Origin: Takakia lepidozioides
Taxonomy: Eukaryota; Plantae; Bryophyta
Reading direction: 5' to 3'
Assembly (NCBI GenBank): GCA_030704615.1
Contig: CM060732.1
Span: 7,254,001 to 7,318,000 of the forward strand
DNA length: 64,000 nucleotides
A program made the translations under genes and the position numbers. Under the pieces are notes generated by a model. That model did not search any database. It saw only the letters and a list, made by a program, of their open reading frames with translations, and had not been told where the DNA came from. Positions 13,501 through 26,789 of the stretch are shown here, one piece after another (the stretch's first letter is position 1; each line of letters opens with the position of its first letter).

Positions 13501-15754
13501 GCCCGGAACTGGAAAAATGGTGCCGAATTTCCAGTTTCGGTGCCAGACACCCCAATGACTTAGCCATTTTCGGGGCCCTGAACTGCAAATGCGGCACCAT
13601 TTTCCCAGGTTGGGGCCGAGAATGCCTAAGTCCCAGATGTGACTGGGCCTGCAACTGGAAAAATGGCGCCAAATTTCCAGACAGTGCCAGCCACCCCCTG
13701 GACAGCCATCCCCCAGGGCCCGACTCCGGAAATTCGGCACCATTTTTCCAGGGACTTCTTCACAACTAATTTTCATGCTCCACATAAGGCCTCTTAAATC
13801 CTCGAAATGTAGGGACTAAAAAGAAATGCATCGCGTATGTACATGTACAGAAGGCGCATTGCCGCTTTGTCCGCGTTCGGCTGGTCGGTGAACTCGTGGC
13901 TCCGGCGGGCATGGGGTATCTCTCGAAAGAATAGGTTGGTTTTGTAGAGCAGAAAGTACCTCGTCACATAGTTGCGTAGGCTCTCTGCTTCACCAGAAAT
14001 CTCCAGCTTGAACTGATGTGCTTGTGTGTCAAGCTGCTCTTGCGCATTCGTCGTCACCTGTGGAGATTCTCTATCAGACCACTTTCCTCAAAAAATACAA
14101 TAAATCCATCCGATACAAGAGTAGAAGCCCCAAATGAAGCGTGGGAAAGTACCTGAAACCACCATGTCATGTGGTTCATCCACATGTCGAATGTGGGGTC
14201 GGACAGTTTGTCGGGTTTGGGGAAGCTCCACATGTCCCTTGTACTTTGGGAACCATTCCAGATTTGGAGCCACCGGGTCTGTCCAACCACCCAGCATATT
14301 AGTAAGCGCCAAACACCACAAAAACGAATTGCTGCCACAACAATTTGGTTAAGAATGTATAACCTTTTATGTTGCATCCACACAGGATGTGGCTAGACGA
14401 TGCAGCTTCTCCAATGTCATCGTGGGCTTCAGAGCGTGGGAGTAGTGCTTCCCCACCTCCACCAAAAAGTCGGCACCAAGGGCAGGATCAGCTATGGCCA
14501 CGTACTTTACCATCCGCGACTTGTACTTTATGCGGGCCTTCGCCTCCACAGCTTTGAGATACGATTCCAGTGCCGGGAGGGTTAGTTAAATCCTGCTCAA
14601 CACTTTCTCTTCTATTGGGGGAGGATAGACAGATAAGCTGAACAAAACAGTCAGGAGCTATACCCAAAATATGTAGTCCACCATGGCGTCCATGCTCAGC
14701 CTATACCAGGTTCTGTCTGCCTTTGCCTCCGACTTGCGCAACAGGTTGGCACTGAGCGAATTGGCAAACTCTTGCACCCCCTGCTTCCCGACATCCTTCA
14801 CTCGGAAGAGCATATGGGACAAGTTGGTGGCAATGAAGGCATTCTCAGTCACCCTGCAATGCCACATTTCCATTAAACAATACAGAAATGAGAATTTGCA
14901 ACAAATAGGACGATTGGCAATGAAATGACTGTTTCAAATTCAAAGTTCCAAAGCAAGAGGCATTGTAACTTACGAGTTGATGCCTGCCATTGCCGCTTTG
15001 AGAAGACTGCGATCTTTGGGCCCCGCAACCTTGAGCACAACACTCCACAGCGAAATGCCAATCCAGGTCGTTGGGGTGGGCTTGGGCTATGTACTCCATC
15101 CATGCCAAGAGGCGATGATTGCCGTCCCACACGTAAAACATCTTTCCGGACAAGTGCTGGAAAAGAGGATCAGTAGCAATCAATCTCTCGAACTCCTCAT
15201 TTCGGGGACCCCATTTGTCCACCTCATCGGAAGTGTGGGCACGAGAAGCTCCGTGGTCATTCTCCATGGAAACGTAAAACACGGCAGACCCCATTCGATA
15301 TCCCTCCCGGAAAGAGAGGGATATCCACCTGCAATGAAACCAAGCGGCAAAGGGGAATCCGAAGCTTGGCCGGGTACACCATGCCCCCCAGGACCCTGCC
15401 AATGTTGCTGTGGGTTGCCTCCAACATCTTGGCAGCGGCCAACTTCATATCCGCCTCCGACATGACGTCTGTTGCAGGGGGGTTCTCCGGCAGCCCACCC
15501 GGACCGCCAAATCCAGCTTGTATGCTCCGGGTTTGGGGCCTGGGGATGTCCGGGAGGATGTCATCCTGGTCAGAAAGCTCCCTCTTGTCGTCCTCAACAT
15601 GGTCAACCACCGCCGGAACCACCTCGAGCACTCTCCCCGTCTCTACTGCCCTCTCCCCGGCTTCACCTTGAACTTCCACAATCCGTGCTCTTTGTGGTGT
15701 TCTTTCCCCTCCTCTCGTCTCCACCGTATGGGTAATTTGGTGGGCTGCTCCCAC
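10524..15754 (-). pseudogene. ParB-MTase cargo gene copy A: ParB/Srx-like N-domain, unknown middle region, N6A/N4C (beta-class) DNA-methyltransferase-like C-domain, acidic tail
   Basis: MFYVWDGNHRLLAW (DGNHR at 15126-15112); DMILLDIPDG (12025-11996, motif IV position); RTRSPAFIQTLMETCSDVQGRILDLTCGT|GASMWAATLSDRHVFAFEPD (motifs X, I, II). GT-AG introns at 14973-14854, 13848-12852 and 11752-11665. Frameshift at ~15320 and a GT>AT donor mutation at 11399-11398. Confidence 0.75.
12925..13750. repeat. Intronic tandem array, 146-bp unit (~5.5 copies), two GGCGCC-centred palindromes per unit
   Basis: An AGCCACCCCA-type motif recurs at 12961, 13107, 13253, 13399 and 13545. The core CTGGAAATTCGGCGCCATTTTTCCAG occurs in alternating orientation. 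Confidence 0.92.
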
Positions 15755-16569
15755 CCGCGATGGTGTAACCGGTGTGTTACTGCCTGTTTGTGGTCATCGC
15801 TATGGAATTTGAACGTAGTCCCTCTCTTCACAAAACAATATGCCTCAAACACCAATGTTTGCACATCCAATAAAACATGGATCAACTCCAAGCTCTAGTT
15901 TAGATACACCACGATATGAAGTGAACGCAATAGATTGATAACTTACACCCTGGCTCCCGTCTACCAACAAAAGGATTTAGTTTGCCCTCCCGCCCCAAGT
16001 TGGGCGCAAACATGCGATGAGTAGCGGCTTTTGGAGTGACTGCTCGAGCAGTTGGAGCTGTCGATGATACCACCAGCGTGTCAGGCTCGTCGTCACTCTG
16101 TCATCCCCAACAATCGTGAGAACCAACATCGCAATGAAAACCGCCATCGCAACGAGCATCGCAACCACCATCGCAACAATCGTGGAAAAACAATGAAAAC
16201 AAAACAAAACCAAGTATGGAGTGGCATGGAACAAGCATGAAACAAACCAAACCTGGCCCTAAGAATCACATGCAGAAGCAACCTTTTCCAGAGCTGCCGG
16301 CTTTGCACGCGCATTGCAAACTATCTAAGGTTCACTCAACCAGTAATTTGCTGAAATCAACATGAAAATTTAAGGACGATTTCGATGGAAAAAGGGAAAA
16401 TTTTGAGGCACTGAAATCTTGAGAGGCCTCACCTCGGACAGGATTCATCACGGAGAAAGTGTGCACCCTGTTGCAAATCTCAATGTAGCAACGACTTGGC
16501 TCTAACCCCTCTGACCTTCATCATTCTTCTCACCAACTCCTGCTTTTGCAACGACCCCCCGAGACTTCA

Positions 16570-18105
16570 TCAGTCGCCCGCTGGATGGAAAAAACGGCGC
16601 CGAATTTTCATCCAGCGGATGAAAGTAGGACGCAACGTGGCCCTCCCTCCGCCCGAGCTGTTCTCATCCACGAGACACCGGATGGAAAAGTCCATCTTGC
16701 AGGTAATTCGGAGCGGGGCCGGATGAAAATCCGGCACCGAATTTCCAACCTGCAGGTAACTCGGAGCGTGGCCGGATGGAAATCGCGGGCCGAATTTCCA
16801 TCCTGCAGGCCAAAAAATTCCAAGTTGTGTGTGTAACCAGTCAAAAAAACGCGAAAAACTTGATGCAACGACTATTGTTGAAGAAGGGCCGATACGGGCT
16901 TCATCCAATGGGCCTCGGATGGAAATTCAGCGCCGTTTTTCCATCCGGGGGATATTCTCTGTCGGCCCGGTGTCGGCCTCTCCCCCCGAGACGACTTCAT
17001 CCGGCCGGCCTCGGATGGAAATTCGGCGCCGTTTTTCCATCAGGGGGATGTTCTCTGTCGGCCAGGTGTCGGGCTCTCCCCCCGAGACGACTTCATCCAA
17101 CGGGCCTCGGATGGAAATTCGGCGCCGTTTTTTCATCCGGGGGATGTTCTCTGTCGGCCAGGTGTCGGCCTCTCCCCCCGAGACGACTTCATCCGGCTGG
17201 CCTCGGATGGAAAAACGGCGCCGAATTTCCATCCGGTGGATGATCTCAGTCGGCCAGGTGTAGGCCTCTCCCCCCGAGACGACTTCATCCAACGGGCCTC
17301 GGATGGAAATTCGGCGCCGTTTTTCCATCCGGGGGATATTCTTTGTCGGCCAGGTGTCGGCCTCTCCCCTTGAGACGACTTCATCCAACGGGCCTCGGAT
17401 GGAAGTTCGGCACCGATTTCCATCCGGGGGATGTTCTCTGTCGGCCAGGTGTCGGCCTCTCCCCCCCAGACGACTTCATCCAACGGGCCTCGGATGGAAA
17501 TTCGGCGCCGTTTGTCCATCCGGGGGATGTTCTCTGTCGGCCAGGTGTCGGCCTCACCCCTCGAGTCGACTTCATCCAATGGGCCTCGGATGGAAAAACG
17601 GCGCCGATTTTCCATCCGGGGGATGATCTTTGTCGGCCAGGTGTCGGCCTCCTCCCCCGAGACGACTTCATCGAACGGGCCTCGGATGCAAATTCGGCGC
17701 CGTTTTTCCATCCGGGGGATATTCTCTGTCGGCCAGGTGTCGGCCTCTCCCCCCGAGACGACTTCATCCAACGGGCCTCGGATGGAAATTCGGCGCCGTT
17801 TTCCCATCCGGGGGATGTTCTCTGTCGGCCAGGTGACAGACTCACCCCCGAGACGACTTCATCCGACCGGCCTCGGATGCAAATTCGGCACCGTTTTTCC
17901 ATCCGGGGGATGTTCTCTGTCGGCCAGGTGTCGGCCTCTCCCCCCGAGACGACTTCATCCAACGGGCCTCGGATGGAAATTCGGCGCCGTTTTCCCATCC
18001 GGGGGATGTTCTCTGTCGGCCAGGTGACGGACTCACCCCCGAGACGACTTCGTCCGACCGGCCTCGGATGCAAATTCGGCGCCGTTTTTCCATCCGGGGG
18101 ATGTT
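16570..18105. repeat. Tandem array, 96-bp unit (~13 copies plus degenerate 5' copies), with palindrome GGATGGAAATTCGGCGCCGTTTTTCCATCC
   Basis: GGCCTCGGATG recurs at 16911, 17007, 17103, 17199, 17295, 17391 and onward to ~18060. Confidence 0.95.
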
Positions 18106-20284
18106 TTCTAGCAGGCACGTGGGGCCGTCACCCTCCGATTGGACGTCCTGTCGAAGTAAATTTTGTGCCTCATTCCTAGGTACAGTTATATTAAATGGTG
18201 CTCTTTTCCTTTGCCACTTGCCCGACCTTCGCTCGTGACCCACGCATTTCAAACCGAGACAACAACAACACTTCCTCGCTCCGAGCTCCTCATCTTCCCC
18301 ACACTCCCCCTTCCCTGTGCACCCTCTCTGCTTCCTGGCAGCCCTTTCAGTAGTCCTTGATGGCGTGTCGGGATCCCATTAACTGCCCAAACAAGAATCG
18401 CACCCCGTGAGACTTCTCGCCCAAGTCAGGGGATATTTTCATATACCTGCAGGATTGGATAGACCATTCTCAGCAGAGGAGGGTGCACCTATCCGCTCTT
18501 GAGTACCTTCCTGGCTTCCACGATGAGCCTCGCGGGGACTTTTTGCGCAATGTTGCATTTTGTTGTATGTTGACTTTTGGCAGCGAGGGTCTGGCACTCA
18601 ATCTTGTAATCAGACCCACTGGAATGCCACCTCTGTCAGTTCCCTCTATCCATGGGGAAGGTGCTTGCACGCTCGCCCCCCCACGCTTCTTGTCAGACGC
18701 CGTAATGATTGGTTTGCGCAACGCATCTGCACAGGTCATATCACTAGAAGCATTCGTGTCTTTTTCGAATCGACTGCATGTCCGCGACCACTCCGGGAAC
18801 CACTTGGTAGTAAACGGGACTACTGGAGAGTCGAAACAGACAAAATTTGAAAAAGCCAAAATTGCAAGTGGTTGTAATTACTGCACATGCGACTACAAAT
18901 TTTCATTCCTAATTCGATTAATGGAATAAAGATATTTATTCATTAAAGTGAATATGTAGTCGACTCAACGACTCCATGAACCACTGCGCATTCATTGCAC
19001 CCATGACTCGGCAACACATTTGCTGACGTGGCTTTCACAAAAAGAGGTGGCCTTGGGGGAATAGATATTTTAATACATGCTGCCTCCACCTGGCCTGTCT
19101 GGCAAGGATGCAAGTGCTGCGTCGGACATGGCGGGACGTGGGAATGCAAATCCTGACACGGCAAGGCCTTCGTATACTGTGAGCGCGCGTAGTGGCTTCT
19201 CAGAACGGTGTGACATCGGGTTCTTGGTCATTCAACATTTACAGAATGTGCTGGATGGAGGCACGATGGAGCGCACAGAGAGGTAAAGGCTGAAAGCGTT
19301 CATTAAGGTTGTGAACTACAATTATATCATGCCAAACCAGTTTTTCGGTACGCAGATGGTGTCATGAGAGATTCTGCGATTTGCGCATAGGTGGACTTAA
19401 TTTTGATGTTGACTTGAAGGCAAATGTGACACCAGTGAAACTGGAAACTACAGGTAAGATGATGGCGTGCTACATCGCGACATAAACCTGCATTTGACAT
19501 TCAGGCTTAGGATTCATGCAATTTGGTGCTACTCAGGCCTGCACAGTTCCAGAGCAGAAGTGGGAGCCCATCCCAGGGATGGGGACCTCGTAAGTGCTTC
19601 TTCATTTTGTACTCACCTTGTTTTTGCATCGCACTTGTGCTACAAGGGGCAGAGCCATTCATTTGGCTGGAGGTTCAATTCCTCTACAAGTGAGCTATTC
19701 CCGTGTCACTACAATCAGTTAGATGTGTTTGTGGTGGTTGCTGGATTTGCGGCTCTGGGGTGTCTTGCCAAGTGCTTGCAGGGATCAACGTTAATGTGGA
19801 CGGGGCAGTACATGTAGCATAAAAGCTCATTCACTGGTGAAGAAGACCATGTGCGAACATATGTCATGCTATTGCTTCGAGAGTGCTGCTGTTGGGCAGG
19901 TGGGAGAATGGAACAACGGTGAGAAGGAAAGCAAGGGAAGCACAAAAAGGTGTCGTTCGGTCCTGCTCCTTTGGAGACACCCCCCATTCCACTGGTCTTT
20001 GTTCCTGGAAAGCATGCAGATGGGCCAGAAAATGCATGCACACATTCACGTCTACTTCCCGTACATGAAGACGATCCTCTCCTCACATGTCAGAAACAAT
20101 ATGGGCAGAACAAAAAAAGGTTTGTTCACAAGACAGTCAGTGACCACATACCCATACATTATCGATACTATTAACTGTCTCGCCCTTGCTTATAAGCAGG
20201 ACTGTACAAAATGGGTTCTAAGGACAGTAAGAGTCCTTAGCATAGCTCTCGTCTATGAGCTGCTGGCTTAATGGACACTGAGAT

Positions 20285-23200
20285 TCAGCTGGGCTCACTA
20301 TCCGTATCCAAATAATCTTCCCCTTCACTACCCACATCTGCAATTTGCCTGGCGGTAATTACCAACCCTGGAATGTCTTCCTCATTAAAGGTAACTGCTC
20401 CTTCCAAAGAGACTGGTTCGGCCGTATCTGGTAGATTTCGTGGTTCCCTCAGACCCTCGTGGTCGGCATTCTCCCCTAGGTCCAGATCATGGACGTCGGC
20501 AACGACTCGTTTGGCCCGGGGGTCCTTGTGAAGAACCACCTTCCATCCCGGCGCATGGATGTCATCTGAAAAGAAAACTTGCTCAACTTGCGATGGGAAG
20601 ATGAATGGCTCTTCATCTTGTGGTAGCATTTTTCTGAAATCAGCAAGGAGGAACCCGTACTCATCCCGTTTCATGGTGGCATTCTCTCCTACCATATTGG
20701 CTTTTACCCAAGAACAACGGAATAGAATTGGCTTCACAAGACCATAGTCTAGTTTAAGGATCTCTTTGATCACTCCTACATATTGCACATGGCATGAAAT
20801 TGGATTCCGATCTCGTGCACAGCTCCTACTCTCTTGTTCAAAAAATGATGCCACTCCGCTGTCATAAGTCACCAGGAGGCTGGTGTTGGCATCGTCCACT
20901 CTATAGTGATTGCCATATGCTTTCATTGACCGGTACGAAGTGGCAATCAGCCCTGGGGGGAATGACAGACTCACCATGCCCTCATCTGGGTCCTCGTTCT
21001 CTGATGCGTACACTGCAATTGCAGATCTGACCCACACTGTAAAGGGCTGCAGCTCCTCCATTGTTGTCGGGTACTCCACCGGGGATCTGCACCTACGACC
21101 GCCCCTCCGCCATGCTTTTGCAAATGCTCTCCGTTCCGTTTTCAGGCGGACCTTCTCCGCTGCGTATTTTCTGGCAGAAACCAAATAGAAGCTGCAACTC
21201 AGTCCCCCTGACCAACACCGTACTGTACATGCATGCCACATGTAGAGTGTGTCCTTTCAAGCACATTGTAGTGATGCAGCCTACTTCATGATCACTTGCA
21301 AGCAACAACACCAACTACGAAACACCCTCTGTTGTCGTCTGAAGCACCCTGTTAGTACACGATCCCACTCCCATAGTGGCCGGAATGACTTGTGACAATA
21401 TATATGTAATTCATGCATACAAAGACCATTAAGAATAGCACAGGAGGGATGTAAAGTTTACACCCACTGTCTCCATGGTGTCATGGTTGTTGTGTTGTTC
21501 AGCACATAATCATGTGCCACATCCCGAAGGCGCGGGCTCATGGCACGCTTTGTTCCACCACCTTCTAGGACCTCGCCTACAACTCCTTCTTCCTCGTTCT
21601 CGTCCCACACCCGTCGTTGTATTGCATCAAATGAAGACATATACTCTGTCATGAAGCCCAGGGCTTCGTCGCGGATGTAGCCCTCCGCCATACTCCCCTC
21701 TGGCCGTGCCATGTTGCGTACATACCCCTTCAGATCCTTCATGTACCTCTCCATGGGGTACATCCAACGGCTGGCTACGGGCCCACACACATGCAGCTCC
21801 TCTACAAGATGCACTAGCAAGTGCGTCATGACGTCAAAGAATGATGGAGGGAATTCTTTCTCCAGCAAACATAGGGTCACAGCCACATCCTCATGCAGCG
21901 ATGTAATGTCCCTCGGATCCCACACCTTCGCACAAATCTTCCTAAACACTCGACTTACACGCATTATGGCTGTTCGAGGACCCGACGCCATCGTACCCCG
22001 AATGCACACTGGCAAAATCTGCTGCATCATCACGTGTAGATCATGTGACTTCATCCCCGACCATTTCTTGTTTATGGCATGCTTTTGGAAAGCACCCGAG
22101 AATCCGGTTGGCACTTTCATGGCTCCCAATGTCTTCAAAAATTCCTCTTGCTCTGATTTGGTCAGGACGTATGATGCTGCTGGCATGAGCACTTTGCCTG
22201 GTCTATTTGGATCAGGCCTTAGCCACAGATGTGACCGTATCCCTTCAATCTCCATGTCCTTTCGTACGTTTATCGTATCCTTCTCCCCAAAGATAGTCTT
22301 CAGAATGTTCTCGCAGAAGTTCTTCTCACAATGCATGGGGTCCAGGAGGTACCGCTGCAAGAGGTTCTGAAATGCCAAATGTCCTCCCATGAGACCAAGT
22401 TCTATGTGCAACTACATTCTGCTTTCAACAACTGCACGATCCTCTACACAGTGAGGTGTACGACTTCAACATCTACTGCATAGTAGTTACACTGACTTAG
22501 GAGTTGGTGGAAGGACTCCTGACAGTAAAGGTAATTCCAGGAAGCACAATGTGAAAGAAAGTGAGTGAATGGGGGGGGGGATTCATGCACCTTCCAGTAT
22601 GGCAAATCCCAAAGGATTGTCCGGCGCTTCACCCCGTGCGACATGGCTGGATCCGCACTACTTCCTTCTCTCCCTCCAATCTCCATGAACGCCTCTTTCT
22701 CCTTTGCAAATTGCAATGTCTCCTCCGGTGTCACAGCATTTGGTGCCATTCTCTTTTCAACACATCCATTGAAGTGTCGGCCTGCTCGTCGGTAGGGGTG
22801 GTTTCTTGCAAGGTAACGTCGATGCCCCATGTATATTGTCTTCCCTAATGGCTTTGAGTGCCGTGAATCCACATAGGGCCCACAAATGGGGCACCCTTTG
22901 TAGCCCTTCGTCTTGCAACCCGCAACAAGGCCATATGCGGGGAAATCGTGGATTGACCACATGAGTATGGCACGGAGGGTGAAACTCCGTTGCCCTACTG
23001 GTTTCAAAATGTCGTAAGCTTCAACTCCAATCCATAGTTCCTGTAGCTCTTCAATCAATGGTTGCAAATACACATCTATGTTTGCATTTGTCACGGACTC
23101 CTTGCCTGGAATCAAGAGAGACAACATGACAAAGAATTTCTTTGTTGTCAACCATGGTGGCAGGTTGTATGCCACCAACTGCACGGGCCATGTGGACCAT

Positions 23201-24339
23201 GTGCAACTCTTTGATCCGTATGGGTTTACTCCATCCGTAGATACAGCCAATCGCACATTGCGTGGGTCCTCGGCGAAATCGGGCCAAGTTGCATCTATAT
23301 GCTTCCATGCAAGGGAATCTGGGACATGCCTTACCAAACCATCGTTTGAGGCATTCCTGGAATGCCAAGTCATGAGCTCACTAATGGTCTTGCATTTGTA
23401 CATTCGTAATAGACGGGGGATAAGGGGAAAGTGCCTCAACACCTTGGCTGGCTGTTGTAACCTGCCCACATCATGGTATCGGGCTGCACCGCATTTGGGG
23501 CACTCCATAGCGTCCTTGTACTCTCTTCTGAAAAGTACATGTCCTTTTGGACATGCATGTATTTTCACGTAGTTGAGGCCGAGCTTCCCAATCATTTTGT
23601 TGGCCATGTGACAGCTTTTTGGCATTTCATTTGGTTGTGGAAGCAAGTTCAGCCGAAGCAAAGAGAACAACTCGTCCACAAAATGGTCTGACACACCGTG
23701 GGTTGTGCACAGGTTCATCAACAGCATGCTGGCAGCAAGCTTTGTGGATTTGCATCCCTCGTACAGTGGCACACATGCTTCTTCTAGTGTCATGTGTGCA
23801 GAATTCTCATTTCCATCTCCACCTCCTTCCACGCCTTCCCCCACGTGAATGCCTTCATTTCCTGCGTCATCACCATCCCCAGTTGTCGCAGCGCCGTCCC
23901 CCTCTTCAGCATCGTCCATGATGTGGAATGCTTCCTGCAACATTCGAGTAATCTCCACCCCTCCGTCCATGCCTGGTTCCTGTCCTGCGCCCATGACATA
24001 GTCCTCGTCTGGCCTGTCTGTATGGCTCCCTCGGGGGTGTGCATTGTCCAATTGTGCCCACTCCTCATCGTCTTCGTCTGCAGGTCCATCTCCAATCCAC
24101 ACCCGAAATGCTTCATGTCTTTTGTGGTGAAGGAGATGTGTGCGCACACCGTCCTCAGATCTACTTGTAGTGCCCAAACAACGTTCACATGGGCATGGCA
24201 TCCTTGAAAGCCCAAGGGCTCGGGCACGTGCCACTTCTCTTTCCCACAACCTGTCATCCCGGTTGTTCTGTCTACAGGGGTGATTAATTGGAAGTCCTCC
24301 GCATGGGCGAGGGGAACTCATTTTTGTTGGGGAACTCAA
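20285..24339 (-). CDS. CACTA TnpD/Tnp2 transposase (three long open exons: ~24321-22591, ~22357-21466, ~21175-20285)
   Basis: MPCPCERC; KIHACP..CPKCG; PDSLAWKHID..DPRNVRLAVSTDGVNPY; HDFPAYG; LDPMHCEKN; MKSHDLHV; FFDVMTHLLVHL; RWMYPMERYM; EEPFIFPSQVEQVFF. Confidence 0.95.
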
Positions 24340-24879
24340 GACAGACAGGAGAGAGAAGTGGGTCTATGGGCATATCAGAATTACAAGAGCACACCAAAAG
24401 ACTGGAGATTTGTTCCATCTATGCACCTTCGGTACAGATGGTGAAGAGAGGCAAAGGCCGTGTGGGGAAGTACATACATCAACTCCCCCAACTGCACGAA
24501 CTATTGGGCCCCTTGTTCTCTTCCATGGTATGCTCTGCCCCAATCCAAACACCCTGAATTCTCCATTGTTGCTACTGCAGCCTGCTTTCATTCACATCAA
24601 CAGCATGTCAAGGGCGTCACAAGAACTTCCTATAGGAAATGTGACAGTTTATGGGAGAGGAGATATGTCAATCATATCTTCATTTACCAGGAAAGATGAT
24701 AACCCCATCCCCACCTCACAGCCAACAATCTCCACGACGCCAGACTTTCATATGTCAGCATGCACCTGTTTTGACCTTCTGGCAGGCTGGCCCACACCTT
24801 CGAAGTAACACAAACGGATATGACCTGGTCAAATTTCCCCTTTTCAGCCTCAACGACACTCCCTGTGCCCAGCTGTAGA

Positions 24880-25560
24880 AGAGGGCAAGCAGGTCTTCGG
24901 ATATTCTCAGCAAGGGCATGGCAAAGATGCTCTGCAACTTTTCAACCAAGTTTTGAAACAGCAAGGGGTGAAGCCAAATGATGTTACACTCATTGCAGTT
25001 CTGTCTGCATGCAGCCATATGGGCCTAGTAGATGAAGGACAACACTATTTCCATTCTATGAGTAGAGATTATAGATTGTACTCATAAGACGTTGTATGCC
25101 GTAGCCTTGTGGCCATTGACCCTGCGCCCAGTTTGAGCGGGAACAAAAGGAACAGAACCTACCTCCGTCAGGGGCTGACGGTGGTAGTAAGACTTACCAT
25201 CATATAAGGAATTAATCCGGGTTTTCCAGATATCCTCTAGAAAACCCTTCACACAAGCATCAATCTGCTGTGTGTGATAATAGAATCATTCCAACAGGAA
25301 AACATTTTGGCTGCATGGTTGACCTTTGGCCGTGCAGGGCGCTTGGATGAGGCGGAGAATTTCATCAACAGAATGCCAATTAAACCAGATGCTTTAGTGT
25401 GGGGCTTTACTTGGTGCCTGCAGAATACATGGCAATGTGAAGCTAGCAGAGCGTGCTGCAGAATGTTGTCTCAAAGGTGAAAAGTTTCAGATGCAGACAT
25501 ACGGTGTGACATTTCTGGTAGTCAGTGAAGGACCGAAAGTGAGGAAAGAGATATGTGTAT
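24880..25560 (+). pseudogene. PLS-class PPR gene fragment (last repeats plus E-domain start), interrupted by a LINE 3' end
   Basis: HGKDALQLF..GVKPNDVTLIAVLSACSHMGLVDEGQHYFHSMSRDY | RIIP..HFGCMVDL.GRAGRLDEAENFINRMPIKPDALVWG.LLGACRIHGN, with frameshifts. Confidence 0.88.
25076..25279 (-). mobile_element. ~200-bp 3'-terminal fragment of the same LINE family as 51207-53171
   Basis: The reverse complement matches 52970-53172 (GATTGATGCTTGTGTGAAGG...TTATGAGTACAAT). Flanked by a duplicated ATAGA in the PPR sequence. Confidence 0.9.
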
Positions 25561-26789
25561 CACGTCTGTGGGATTCCTAAAGGGCCACAAGGAGTAGAAC
25601 AACAAACAAATAACCATAGAAGGGCCCACAAAGAGTCAGAGAACTACTCAAGGCTAATATCGGTTCATTGTTGCAACTGGCCCCACCATCTGACCTTGAA
25701 TTTATGTCGTCGGGAGCTTAAGGAACGAATGCCAAACTCGCCCCGAACAGCCACATTGGCTGTTTTGGAGCATGCTGACATGCACATGAAAACCGTGTCA
25801 AGGGCTTGGTGTCAATTGTGCTAAGAGATCAGCTAGTGAGTCGAGGTAACCCTCCCCGTGATTGTGAAAAAGAAGACATACCGAGTCATTTTCTTATCCA
25901 AGCATATATTAACCATGATAGATGAGACCTTTAGTTTTTGGATGGATAATAGACAAGGCCGCTTTTAAGGACATTGACCATCCTACCAGGACTACCTCTC
26001 ATTTGCTTGAAGCCTGGACCGCAATAAGACATTGAGGATATGAACTGTTCAAGCATTACAAAAAATGAAAGAAACAAAGAAACTGTATGATGTCCACTGG
26101 AGATTACAGAACAAGCCTGCATAACAGGCCAACCAAATGTCAGTTGTGTGAATCACTACATCTAGTTGTCTGGAGGACTGTAAGTGGTTTAGGGTTTAAC
26201 GTCTCAAAGTCGAAAAGGCCATAGTGTCGGATGCACGACACGTGTTCATATTTGAAATCAACAACGGCCGGATCTTCACCTTGAGCTCGGGGGGTGTGTG
26301 ATCACACTCCCCTCCTTGTCCTTCTTTCCTCCTTTGCATGTCTTGGTCTTCCTCGCTCGTCTTTGTCTTGCTCATGGTCTATGTCCTCGCTCGTCTTCAT
26401 CTTTGTCATGGTCTATGTCCACGCCTAGTAAGAAGCGGTCGACCGCCGAGGCAGCATCACCTCCTCCCACTTGTGCACATTCCAGCCCCGCGGTGCGAAG
26501 GAGCCCCCGCCTGGCTCGACTGAATCTGGTACAGATGGCGTCGGTGCGAGAGGGAAGGCAGAGCAGTGGGCGGTCTTCCAGTTCGGATTTTGACACAAGC
26601 GACTATAGCATGGGCGACGACGATGAGGTGGAGGACAGTTCGGCGGAAATTGCACCTCCATCTGCAGAGTCTCTCCAAAAGGTGCGCAAACGGCACAAAC
26701 CCGCTGCGCATGAGGTGAGTTCTACCCCTACTTCTGTTCATGTTCTATGGGCGTTGAGTTCTCCTGAAACTGAAACTGGGATGCACATA

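Noticed and set aside
7094-15754. Bacterial or phage contamination as the source of the ParB-MTase
   Set aside because: Both copies have GT-AG introns at shared positions, and copy A is bounded by eukaryotic transposon TIRs and a TSD contiguous with plant sequence.
12635-18252. Many overlapping ORFs with repeated peptides inside the 146-bp and 96-bp arrays
   Set aside because: They are by-products of stop-poor GC-rich tandem repeats open in several frames on both strands, and the 146-bp array is intronic.
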